A stretch of DNA of 64,000 bases from assembly GCA_963664325.2 (NCBI GenBank), contig CAXXDQ010000003.1, positions 864,001 through 928,000 on the forward strand. Reading direction: 5' to 3'. Numbering within the stretch: position 1 is the first letter of the stretch; each line of letters begins with the position of its first letter. Below, in pieces: positions 39,785 to 48,703 of this stretch. The notes under the pieces were generated by a model. The model had not been told where the DNA came from. It ran no database searches and worked only from the letters and a program-made list of their open reading frames with translations. This DNA comes from Desulfomonilia bacterium (lineage in GTDB: Bacteria > Desulfobacterota > Desulfomonilia > UBA1062). The translations under genes and the position numbers were made by a program.

Positions 39785-40945
39785 ATGTTTATATCTGATC
39801 AGATGAAGGGCTATTCGGAAAAATCGTCATGGATAAGAAAGATGTTCGAGGAAGGGGCCGGTCTCAAGAAAGAGTTCGGGGCGGATAATGTTTACGACTT
39901 CAGCCTCGGGAACCCGGATGTACCGCCAAGAGAGGAAGTGCTCGCTTCGATAGAGCGTCTTGTCCGCGAAATGAGCCACGGCTATATGCCCAATGCGGGG
40001 TATCCCCAGGTCAGACAGTGTATCGCTGACTTTGTCAGCCGGGAATATGATGTAAAGATCACGGGTGATGATATCGTGATGACCTGCGGTGCAGGCGGGG
40101 CCATGAACGTTGTTCTTCGGTCCATTCTCAACCCAGGTGATGAGGTGATTGCCCTTGCTCCCTATTTTGTCGAATACGGATTTTATGCCGAAAACTTTGG
40201 CGGAAAGCTTGCTGTAGTAAGATGCGGCGATGACTTTATGCCTGAACCGAGTAATATCAGGAAAGCGATAACAAAGAATACAAAGGCAATAATTGTAAAC
40301 TCTCCGAACAATCCGACCGGAAGGATATACCCGCAAACCGTTTTTGATGATTTGAAAGAACTGCTCGGGGAATATCCGCAGATACTTCTCATATCAGATG
40401 AACCCTACAGGCGCATTGTGTACGACGGCGCCAGGCTGCCGTCGGTGCTGGCAACGGTCCCGAATTCCGTCATAGTAACATCCGCCTCCAAGGACCTCTC
40501 CCTTCCGGGCCAGCGAATAGGCTACATAGCTGTAAATCCGTTGATAAAGGATAAAGAGGAATTAATGAGCACTCTCATAATGGCAAACAGAATACTGGGT
40601 TTTGTAAACGCTCCGGCAATTATGCAAATGGTAATGGCGGAATGCATTGACATGAACATTGACATCGTGAATTACCGGAAGAGAAGGGACCTCATTACCG
40701 GCGTAATGGATGATGCAGGCCTGACCTATGCCAAACCGGAAGGCGCTTTCTATCTGTTTGTAAAGTCACCCGTGGATGATGATGTTGCGTTTTGCAGGGC
40801 GCTTACCGGGGAAAAAATTCTGGCTGTGCCGGGCACTGGCTTCGGCTGGCCGGGATATGTCCGGTTTGCATATTGCACATCTGAAAATGCGATAACAGGA
40901 ATGGCGCCGGGGCTGAAAAGGGTCGTGCAGAAACTGAAGGGCTAG
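39785..40945 (+). CDS. PLP-dependent aminotransferase class I/II (aspartate aminotransferase-like)
   Basis: GGAGG RBS; SWIRKMFEEG, NSPNNPTG, SDEPY and SASKDLSLPGQRIG (PLP Lys). Confidence 0.93.
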   Translation: MFISDQMKGYSEKSSWIRKMFEEGAGLKKEFGADNVYDFSLGNPDVPPREEVLASIERLVREMSHGYMPNAGYPQVRQCIADFVSREYDVKITGDDIVMTCGAGGAMNVVLRSILNPGDEVIALAPYFVEYGFYAENFGGKLAVVRCGDDFMPEPSNIRKAITKNTKAIIVNSPNNPTGRIYPQTVFDDLKELLGEYPQILLISDEPYRRIVYDGARLPSVLATVPNSVIVTSASKDLSLPGQRIGYIAVNPLIKDKEELMSTLIMANRILGFVNAPAIMQMVMAECIDMNIDIVNYRKRRDLITGVMDDAGLTYAKPEGAFYLFVKSPVDDDVAFCRALTGEKILAVPGTGFGWPGYVRFAYCTSENAITGMAPGLKRVVQKLKG

Positions 40946-41038
40946 ACTGAAAATAGATTTCCGGCCTCATTCCTTTATGGGTATCAGGCTTTGATATTAG
41001 CCTGTTAACAGGGTACGAAGTCTTCCGCAGGATTTTCC

Positions 41039-42289
41039 ATGGATAAGGATGAATTACAAGGCATATCGAATATAAAATTTTTATTGAGGGCCTTCAGACA
41101 CAGGAATTACCGGCTGTTCTTTTCAGGTCAGGGGCTTTCGCTCATAGGCACATGGATGCAGCAGATCGCCATGGGCTGGCTTGTATACCGCATTACGAAC
41201 TCGACCTTTTACCTGGGGCTTATAGGCTTTACGGGCCAGGTGCCTATATTCCTTTTTGCATCGCTGGCAGGGGTATACGCCGACAGGCACAACCGCCGAA
41301 ATATTCTTTTGATAACCCAGGCCGTCTCAATGCTTCAGTCGCTTGCGCTTACTATTCTGACATTCACAGGCATGGTGGGCGTCTGGCATCTTATCGTGCT
41401 GAGCATGGTGCTGGGAATTGCGAATGCCTTCGACATGCCGGCCAGACAGTCTTTCGTCATCGACATTGTCGAGCAGAAGGAAGATCTCGGCAATGCCATT
41501 GCCTTCAACTCATTCATGTTCAACGGTGCCCGCCTGATAGGACCTTCCATTGCAGGGATTGTCATTGCATACGCAGGGGAGGGCATGTGCTTTCTTGTCA
41601 ATACATTAAGCTTTATGACAATAATCTTCGCACTTCTGGCCATGAAACTTCCGCTGAAGGAGAAATCATCTGGAAACAAAAGCATATTGAAGGGGCTTGT
41701 TGAAGGATACAGCTACTCCTTCAGGCATATACCGATCAGGAACATCCTTCTTCACCTCTGCATCATGAGTTTCATCGGCATGCCCGCAACTGTCCTGATG
41801 CCTTATTTCGCACGTGACCAGCTACACGGAGGCCCTGGCACGCTGGGTCTTCTTTCATCCTTTTCAGGGCTCGGCGCGCTGATCGGCGTTTTATACCTTG
41901 CATCAAGGAAGGATACCTTTGGACTGACCAGGCTTATAGCGATAACTTCGGCAGTATTCGGTATAGGCCTTGTTGGGTTTTCCTTTTCATCATTTTATAT
42001 CTTGTCATTGACGCTTGTTTTTTTCATGGGATTCGGAATGATAGTGCAGATGGCCTCCTGCAACACCATCCTTCAGACGGTTGTCAAAGAGGAGATGAGG
42101 GGAAGGGTAATGAGCCTTTATGCAATGGCCATAGCCGGTATGGTCCCTTTCGGGAGCCTTATTGTAGGGATGCTCTCATCAAAGCTCGGTTCGCCGCATA
42201 CAGTCCTTATCTGCGGGCTGTCCTGTATGGCTGCATCGGTCCTGTTTTCAATCAGGTCCGGCAGGTCAGGAAGGGTTCATCAGGGATAG
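41039..42289 (+). CDS. MFS transporter
   Basis: RNYRLFFSGQ, GVYADR, FDMPARQ and RGRVMS motifs. Confidence 0.9.
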   Translation: MDKDELQGISNIKFLLRAFRHRNYRLFFSGQGLSLIGTWMQQIAMGWLVYRITNSTFYLGLIGFTGQVPIFLFASLAGVYADRHNRRNILLITQAVSMLQSLALTILTFTGMVGVWHLIVLSMVLGIANAFDMPARQSFVIDIVEQKEDLGNAIAFNSFMFNGARLIGPSIAGIVIAYAGEGMCFLVNTLSFMTIIFALLAMKLPLKEKSSGNKSILKGLVEGYSYSFRHIPIRNILLHLCIMSFIGMPATVLMPYFARDQLHGGPGTLGLLSSFSGLGALIGVLYLASRKDTFGLTRLIAITSAVFGIGLVGFSFSSFYILSLTLVFFMGFGMIVQMASCNTILQTVVKEEMRGRVMSLYAMAIAGMVPFGSLIVGMLSSKLGSPHTVLICGLSCMAASVLFSIRSGRSGRVHQG

Positions 42290-42291
42290 AT

Positions 42292-44163
42292 TCATTTCCT
42301 GGGCCACACCTTGACCGTAACCGCCTCTCCTTTTGCATCGTGGATTAAAAGGATCTGATTTTCGTTGCACTGTTCGATCCTTCCTGATGAAGCCTCAACC
42401 CGGTACCCATCCGGATACTGATAATGCGGCAGGAAAATTTCAGTCGGGGCTTTTATCCTTTCATCTGCCCTGAAGGTGAGGGTGAATATTCTCTTCTTAA
42501 GGTCAAAATTCATTGACAATGGTATGCCGGCTGTTCTGCGGGCATATGGCCTGCAAAAACCGGCAATGGCCCTGCCTCCGGAGTCTATATCGGACGGGTT
42601 GTCCTGCTGGTCGCGAGAAAATATCGAATTGTCCTCCTCGTTCCAGTTGTCTCCGTGAAGGTTATTGTTGTCAGCGGTGTATGTCCAGATTGTTGCGCTT
42701 GCAAGATTTTCATCCATGGCGCCGAAATATGAATCGAGCGCCTGAATATGTTTCTTGTAATTGCCCGTGCGGTAGGCTTTGCCATCGTAGAGTTTGTACA
42801 TCAGACCGAATTCGCCAATGAGTGTGGGAGCGCCCCTGAGGTTGTTTCTGCTGAATCCCTTGATATGCGCTATCTGTCTAGCCATGGACTTGAGTACTCT
42901 CTTTTTCCCGATGACAAGCTTTTCCGTATATACATCTCCGGTGAACCAGGGGCTGAACCTGTTGCGATAGACCATGAGCACATCATACCAGTGGCTTGCG
43001 TTTACAATATCACCTGCATCGTCCGGTTCCATGTCAGGGAAATCCTTTCCGGGGACTGCCTCAATAAACACGAATGCCTCAGGGCTTATGCTCCTTATCT
43101 CACGCGCGAACCGGTTCACAAAGGGCTTGATGTAGTCATTTACAAAGCTCACCTTCCTGCCGTTTATTGTGTTGAAATAGTCAGGCTTCAGGATTTTAGG
43201 CCTGCCGTCAACAATGTCCCAGACGCCGTGCTCTTTCCACACGCACTCGAAGCCGTCTTTCCAGAGTTTTGCCCCCTCAGGATTGATCGTTACTTTACCA
43301 ATCTTTTTGGAGCCTGTAATGCGCATGATATACCGGTCGACTTCCTGCGGAATGCCGTCAGCCGCAGCCATGGATTGAAGAGGGCCGGGCGCAGCCTCGC
43401 CTATAAAGCGCATGTCTTTGAGTCCAGAAAGATCTTTGAATTCGATATACCCGCACTGCGGTTCGTTGAGGCTGCCGTATCCCACGATGTTCGGCAAATC
43501 CTTCAGCCTTTCCGCAAGATGCTTTATTGCATTTATATAGTGGCTCTGGAGGAATTCCTGCACGTTAACGCCTTCTATCATTCGCTTTGGAGCAAAGTCT
43601 TTTCCGCCGAAAAAAAGCGTAAACATGGTGCATGTGCCGAATTTGTAGTTGTTGGTGTCCCATATCATGTGAGGAATTGGGTTGCCCTGGATGTTATGGA
43701 CATAGGCGGCGCCCGTCTCGTGCATCTTCGTTATATCCATGCCGAGCAGTTCCATCGTCCACGCGGGCGCTCCATCGCCGCCGGTCCAGCGGCTCCACAC
43801 GTCCTGATGAGGGTCTATGAAAACGTCTATCCCGTATTTCGCGGCCTTCTCGAGAACGGCCATTACATAATCGATGTAAGCCTCGTCATATATCCCGGGA
43901 CCCGCATGCTCGATAGCCTCCCATGTAACTATGAAGCGCTCGAACGTGAGCCCCCAATGCCTGAGCCGCGCAAAATGTTCGTCAGCCTCGTTTAGCGGAA
44001 AAGGCCTGCCGATAAACGAAACATCCTTATAATTAAAAAATCCCTCCTTTATCCATGTCCCGCCGGGTTTTACCGGAATTTTGCTGCTCCCTCCGAGATT
44101 CACCCCGCGCAGCAAAAGCGTGCGGCCTTCATCGTCTTTGAACCATTCACCGTCGATTCTCAT
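42292..44163 (-). CDS. Glycoside hydrolase family 5, endoglycoceramidase/steryl-glucosidase-like
   Basis: LRGVNL, TWEAIEH, IDPHQDVWSR, LNEP (acid/base), IGEFG (nucleophile), WNEEDNS and RPYAR..AG.P. Confidence 0.88.
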   Translation of the reverse strand: MRIDGEWFKDDEGRTLLLRGVNLGGSSKIPVKPGGTWIKEGFFNYKDVSFIGRPFPLNEADEHFARLRHWGLTFERFIVTWEAIEHAGPGIYDEAYIDYVMAVLEKAAKYGIDVFIDPHQDVWSRWTGGDGAPAWTMELLGMDITKMHETGAAYVHNIQGNPIPHMIWDTNNYKFGTCTMFTLFFGGKDFAPKRMIEGVNVQEFLQSHYINAIKHLAERLKDLPNIVGYGSLNEPQCGYIEFKDLSGLKDMRFIGEAAPGPLQSMAAADGIPQEVDRYIMRITGSKKIGKVTINPEGAKLWKDGFECVWKEHGVWDIVDGRPKILKPDYFNTINGRKVSFVNDYIKPFVNRFAREIRSISPEAFVFIEAVPGKDFPDMEPDDAGDIVNASHWYDVLMVYRNRFSPWFTGDVYTEKLVIGKKRVLKSMARQIAHIKGFSRNNLRGAPTLIGEFGLMYKLYDGKAYRTGNYKKHIQALDSYFGAMDENLASATIWTYTADNNNLHGDNWNEEDNSIFSRDQQDNPSDIDSGGRAIAGFCRPYARRTAGIPLSMNFDLKKRIFTLTFRADERIKAPTEIFLPHYQYPDGYRVEASSGRIEQCNENQILLIHDAKGEAVTVKVWPRK

Positions 44164-44181
44164 AAATATATCCTGGAATTG

Positions 44182-44326
44182 AGTAGACTGGAGACAGTAG
44201 ACAGGAGACAGAATAAAGGCAAAAAAGGGCTTCTTTTTATCTCGCCACCAATATTATAAAATCGTTTTAGTATCCAAATGGTTTTATGCATTTCTACTGT
44301 CTCCTATCTCCTGTCTACTGTCTTCT
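44182..44326. repeat. Inverted pair of heptamer tandem arrays
   Basis: Left arm AGTAGAC-TGGAGAC-AGTAGAC-AGGAGAC (44182-44209); right arm 44292-44326 is five units in reverse complement. Confidence 0.75.
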
Positions 44327-44334
44327 TATATATC

Positions 44335-45801
44335 TTAAAACGGATTCTCCGTCCGATACGGCTGGTCCTCCGGCTGGTTATAATAAATATCCTTGACGCC
44401 GAGCATCTTGAGCGCCTCGAAGATGGTTTTACCTGCAGGAGCCTGGACGACTGCGGTGTGGTGAGGGAAGCGTTTTTCGACGAGCACGTGGCGGTAGAAG
44501 CGGGCCATTTCCTTTATTGCGATAACAGCAATGGAGCCGAAGGACGGGGTGTCGTGGTCTATTATCCTGCCCTGCGCAATATAGGCGTTCAGTTTTGCGT
44601 CTGCGGTTCCCTGGAGCCTGAATATGGTAGCCTTACCCGGAGTCATTCTGCCTTCCATGGTACCGCGCGTGATGTCCGGGTCTTTGCCGTTTTCAAGGAG
44701 CCGGTGCATGATGAGCTGATATTTGAGCTCCGGATTCACCAGACATACAGACGGAGTATTACCGCAGTGGAAGCCCATGAAGAGGTCGGTAGGTTTGTAT
44801 TTTTTAAGCGCCTGGGATTTCTTATACATCTGGGCCGGGATGGTGTTGTTGATGTCCAGCAGCGTTGCGGGCATGAGGCCTGCACAGAGCGCGATATATT
44901 CACTGAGTGCGCCGTATATGTCCACCTCGCAGCTTACAGGTATGCCCTGGCCGGCGAGACGTGAGTTTATATAGCAGGGCACGAAGCCGAAGAACCTCTC
45001 GAATGCGGGCCAGCACTTGTTTGCGAAAACACCGTAAGAGCTTGCACCCAGGTTCCTGTCCATGAACTCGAGCAGGGCCGCCTCATATCTGGCCAGTTTG
45101 GGAATCAGGTCGGGGTAGGGGAAAGAGGCGATTTCCTTTTTCATGGAGGCCTCTATCTTTTTTGTGAGCGGGCTGCTTTTGGTATCCTCGTATATCTCAA
45201 GGAGATCGAGTTCGCTGTTTTCCATTATCTCTATGCCGAGGTCATAAATCGGCTTTATAGGGGCATTGCAGGCGAGGAAGTCCTGCGGCCTGGGGCCGAA
45301 CGTGAATATCTTCAGATATTTGAGTCCGAGCATTACTCTTGCGATTGGTATGAAATCCGCGATCATCCCGCTCACTTCCGACGGCGTTCCAACCGGGTAT
45401 TCCGGGATATAGGGGCACAGACCTCTCAGTCCGAGGTTGTATGAGGCGTTCAGCATGCCGCAGTATGCATCGCCCCTGCCTCCCATCAGGTCGCCGTCCT
45501 CTGCCGCAGCCACGAACATCACCGGACCGTCGAAACGCTGTGCGAGTAGGGTTTCTGGGCCTTCCGGTCCGAAGTTCCCGAGATATACAATCAGCGCGTT
45601 GACGCCTGCCTCGATGAGTTCGTCCTCGGCCCTTACAATGTCGTTTTCGGTCTCTACTATTGTGCTGATCTTCTTGATCTTAAGCCCTGATTCCGAGCAT
45701 TGTTTGCAGACCTCATCCCTGCGCCTTTTGGAGAGTTCGACAGGGAAGCAGTTTCGGCTTACAGCGACTATGCCGGGTACCACAAAAGGGATGTTTCTCA
45801 T
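44335..45801 (-). CDS. L-fucose/L-arabinose isomerase family protein
   Basis: NFGPE, RGDAYCG, KCWP, CEVDIYG, FHCG and FPHH motifs. Confidence 0.85.
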   Translation of the reverse strand: MRNIPFVVPGIVAVSRNCFPVELSKRRRDEVCKQCSESGLKIKKISTIVETENDIVRAEDELIEAGVNALIVYLGNFGPEGPETLLAQRFDGPVMFVAAAEDGDLMGGRGDAYCGMLNASYNLGLRGLCPYIPEYPVGTPSEVSGMIADFIPIARVMLGLKYLKIFTFGPRPQDFLACNAPIKPIYDLGIEIMENSELDLLEIYEDTKSSPLTKKIEASMKKEIASFPYPDLIPKLARYEAALLEFMDRNLGASSYGVFANKCWPAFERFFGFVPCYINSRLAGQGIPVSCEVDIYGALSEYIALCAGLMPATLLDINNTIPAQMYKKSQALKKYKPTDLFMGFHCGNTPSVCLVNPELKYQLIMHRLLENGKDPDITRGTMEGRMTPGKATIFRLQGTADAKLNAYIAQGRIIDHDTPSFGSIAVIAIKEMARFYRHVLVEKRFPHHTAVVQAPAGKTIFEALKMLGVKDIYYNQPEDQPYRTENPF

Positions 45802-45982
45802 CTACTGATTCCTCCTGAAGTGAAAGATATGAATCATATTTTCTTACTTGCGCCAGATGTCAAGAGAAAGGAAACACCCGATACCATGGAATCTTATTTT
45901 AAAACAAAAAATGCTAATTGATTATGAAATCCTGACGATAAGCAATGTATATGCGCTCGTTAAAAAGAAGGAGGCAATCGAA

Positions 45983-46354
45983 ATGAAGGCAGGGATGATA
46001 CGGGTAACATTTATTATGATAGCGGGTCTATTGCTGACTTTCAGCACTGCATCTGCTTACAAGCCGACGGCGATAAAGATGAACTACGACCTTCAAAGCC
46101 AGTCGCTTTCGGTCTGGGTCGGCTATCATACTGGAGCCCGCTATACCAGCTATGTAAAGACTATAGAAATAAAGGTAAACGGCAAAACCTGCCAGAAATA
46201 CAACTACACACATCAAGCCTTCACAACCGGAACTGTCACACATTCCTTCAAGGTCGAGGCGAATCCTGGCGACGTCATAGAAGTGACTGCCACGAGCAGC
46301 ACGACAAATGAGTCTTTGACAAAAAGCCTGACTGTCGAAAAGGCCGGGCAGTAG
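45983..46354 (+). CDS. Small secreted beta-sandwich protein of unknown function
   Basis: AAGGAGG RBS supports ATG 45983; signal peptide ending ASA; beta-rich mature region. Confidence 0.65.
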   Translation: MKAGMIRVTFIMIAGLLLTFSTASAYKPTAIKMNYDLQSQSLSVWVGYHTGARYTSYVKTIEIKVNGKTCQKYNYTHQAFTTGTVTHSFKVEANPGDVIEVTATSSTTNESLTKSLTVEKAGQ

Positions 46355-46430
46355 GGATTAACTGGCAATAACAAAGTCATTCTTGCCATTAATGATAATG
46401 AAAATTATTGAATGAGAAATCAGCTCGTCA

Positions 46431-46460
46431 TTGACAAATCCTCAAGTCGCCTGCTAATCT
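46431..46460 (+). promoter_or_regulatory. Sigma-70 promoter of the cobalamin uptake operon
   Basis: TTGACA (46431) - N18 - TAATCT with an extended TG, ending about 12 nt before the riboswitch. Confidence 0.65.
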
Positions 46461-46472
46461 GATTTCACCCTG

Positions 46473-46750
46473 CTGCGGATTCAAGGGAACCCGGTGAGAT
46501 TCCGGGACGGGGCCCGCCGCTGTAAACGGGGACGGAAAAGGCTTTAAAAATAACGCCACTGTTAATTTAGCTGGACGTTAGAACAAAGCGGACCGCGAAG
46601 CGACGAAGCCGAGAAGCGAGGCATACTTTTAGCGTATGCCGCAGCGACCTTGGCAAGGAGCGACAAAGGTATGCGAAGTTATAACGTATAGCATACGGGA
46701 AGGCGATGCCTGATACCGGACGATCCGTAAGTCAGAAGACCTATCCGCAG
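46473..46750 (+). ncRNA. Cobalamin riboswitch (atypical, with a large insert)
   Basis: AAGGGAA-CCCGG-TGAGATT-CCGGG, CCGCCGCTGTAA, GCCACTG, GGGAAGG and AGTCAGAAGACCT (B12 box); closing stem CTGCGGAT/ATCCGCAG; lies upstream of a TonB receptor. Confidence 0.9.
46570..46692. repeat. 123-nt inverted-repeat-bounded (MITE/REP-like) element inside the riboswitch
   Basis: Termini GCTGGACGTTAGAAC and GTTATAACGTATAGC (12/15 complementary); nested stems GCCGAG/CTTGGC and GGCATAC/GTATGCC. Confidence 0.6.
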
Positions 46751-46810
46751 GAATGAAGGCTGTTATCTGTCGGGCTCAGGACAATTGACCTTGGGGCAGG
46801 AAAGACCCCA

Positions 46811-48688
46811 ATGAGAAAAATAGTTTTTTTAATCCTTGCTGTGCTTGCCGTTTTCGGAGCAGCAGAGCTCCATGCCGATACGATCTATGTCATTTCATCG
46901 CCTGAAAAAGAAGATTCCAATGAAGTTGCGGAGGAACCGTCCGCCTTCGGCCAGTCCATAGATGCGACAAAACTTTCAGACAGATATTCCACGACCGAAG
47001 ACGTACTCGACCGCGCTGCCGGCGCGAATGTCCGCTCCATGGGCGGGCTTGGCAGCTATTCAAGCATCACCATGCGCGGGGCAGGATCAAACCAGTGTCT
47101 TGTTCTGCTGGACGGTCAGCGTCTTAACTCGCCTGCAGGCGGAGGCGTCGACCTTTCAAAACTTTCCCTGTCCCAGGTTGAAAGGATTGACATAATCCGG
47201 GGCAGCGACTCGGCGATATTCGGCGAAAGCGCCATGGGCGGCATTGTCAATATCGTCACCAAAGACCCTTCCGGTAAACCGCAGGCCGATGCGTCTTTGA
47301 CATATGGCTCCTATGATACATTAGACGCCAGGGCCAACGCCTCGGCGCCGTTAGGGGATCACCTGGGAATAACGGCAAACCTAACCGGCAGAAAATCCGA
47401 CGGCGATTTCACCTACATCAACAACAACGGGACCGAATATGATGATTCGGATGATTTTGAGGATGTGAGGCGCAACAACGCCTTCAGAGAATTTTCCTGC
47501 ATGGGCAAGGTCAATGCAAAAGGGGATATATGGAAGGCCTCTCTTTCAGGCGCAGGCAGCACATCAAGAAAACAGATTCCAGGTATTGTTACAAACCCCA
47601 CACCCGACGCATGGCAGGATTTCAGAATCAACAGCTTCAACCTTCTGGGAGGCATTAAAGCGGGAAAGCTCGACATCGACCTGAACGCCGGGAGGGTATG
47701 GCAGCACGACATATACAGGGACCCTGACGCCCCTCTTTATGCGGATACTCTGAGCACAACATATCAGGGGAACCTGGGCGCCGCATATCCACTTGGGCCC
47801 GTAAGGATCAAACCCGGGATCTCCTATCTGTATGAAAATATGGATGACAATATGTCCGGGGAATACAGCAGAACGACGCAGTCCGGTCTCCTGAGCGCTG
47901 AATACAGCCCGTGGCAGTTCGACCTGTCCGGCACCTTGCGCTATGACAACCCGTCATCATTCTCAGGGGAATGGCTGTACCGCCTCGGCGTTGTGTGGAA
48001 TACGGCTGATTTCCTGAAGATCAAGGCGAATGCCGGTACCGGCTACCGGGTTCCCGGATTTTATGAACTTTATTACAACCACGGCTTTATTGTGGGTAAT
48101 CCAGAACTTCTGCCTGAAAAATCATTCAGCTTTGACATCGGGCCTGTGGTGGAATTCGAGAAGGTGAGGGTCTCTCTAAACTACTTTGACCAGCGCTATA
48201 CCGACCAGATCGTATACGTGCTGCAGTCCGGGCTTTATTACAAGCCGTACAACGACAGCCAGTCAAAGGCCCAGGGCATGGAGCTGTCGATAGTGTTTAA
48301 GCCTCTCGAATGGTGCACACTTAGCGGGAACTATACCTATAACCGCGCAATCGATACGTCAGGCGAGCCGAACAGGGACGGCAACCAGATTCCGGGCCAG
48401 CCCAGAAACATTGCCAATATCCAGGTGGATTTCGATTATAAGGTAAAGGGGATCGGCCTGGGCGCATGGGCCTCATACAACTATACCGAGGGGAATTTCG
48501 TTACATGGGCGAACACCAAAAAACTGCCTGACAGGGATATCTACAATATCGGAGTCAAGGCCGGCCCGTACAGGCATGTAAGCATTAGCGCCGAGATAAA
48601 GAATCTCACGGACGAAATGGCGGTAGATCTGAGAGGCTTTCCGCTCGAAGGCAGGACATATTATGCCACGGTCCAGGCGGCATTTTAG
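46811..48688 (+). CDS. TonB-dependent receptor, BtuB-like cobalamin transporter
   Basis: Plug motifs (RGAGSNQ, LDGQ, ERIDIIRG, GGIVNIVT), GNPELLPE, NLTD and C-terminal Phe; downstream of a B12 riboswitch. Confidence 0.9.
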   Translation: MRKIVFLILAVLAVFGAAELHADTIYVISSPEKEDSNEVAEEPSAFGQSIDATKLSDRYSTTEDVLDRAAGANVRSMGGLGSYSSITMRGAGSNQCLVLLDGQRLNSPAGGGVDLSKLSLSQVERIDIIRGSDSAIFGESAMGGIVNIVTKDPSGKPQADASLTYGSYDTLDARANASAPLGDHLGITANLTGRKSDGDFTYINNNGTEYDDSDDFEDVRRNNAFREFSCMGKVNAKGDIWKASLSGAGSTSRKQIPGIVTNPTPDAWQDFRINSFNLLGGIKAGKLDIDLNAGRVWQHDIYRDPDAPLYADTLSTTYQGNLGAAYPLGPVRIKPGISYLYENMDDNMSGEYSRTTQSGLLSAEYSPWQFDLSGTLRYDNPSSFSGEWLYRLGVVWNTADFLKIKANAGTGYRVPGFYELYYNHGFIVGNPELLPEKSFSFDIGPVVEFEKVRVSLNYFDQRYTDQIVYVLQSGLYYKPYNDSQSKAQGMELSIVFKPLEWCTLSGNYTYNRAIDTSGEPNRDGNQIPGQPRNIANIQVDFDYKVKGIGLGAWASYNYTEGNFVTWANTKKLPDRDIYNIGVKAGPYRHVSISAEIKNLTDEMAVDLRGFPLEGRTYYATVQAAF

Positions 48689-48703
48689 AGACAAGGAGGG
48701 CAT

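Noticed and set aside
42748-43995. 415-aa plus-strand ORF
   Set aside because: It lies wholly antisense to the GH5 gene and has no recognisable motifs; codon-bias shadow.
44182-44326. Possible CRISPR array
   Set aside because: Units are 7 nt, tandem and inverted, with no unique spacers and no cas genes nearby.
44278-44964. 228-aa plus-strand ORF
   Set aside because: Antisense to the isomerase; its N-terminus (STVSYLLSTV) is just the translated heptamer repeat.
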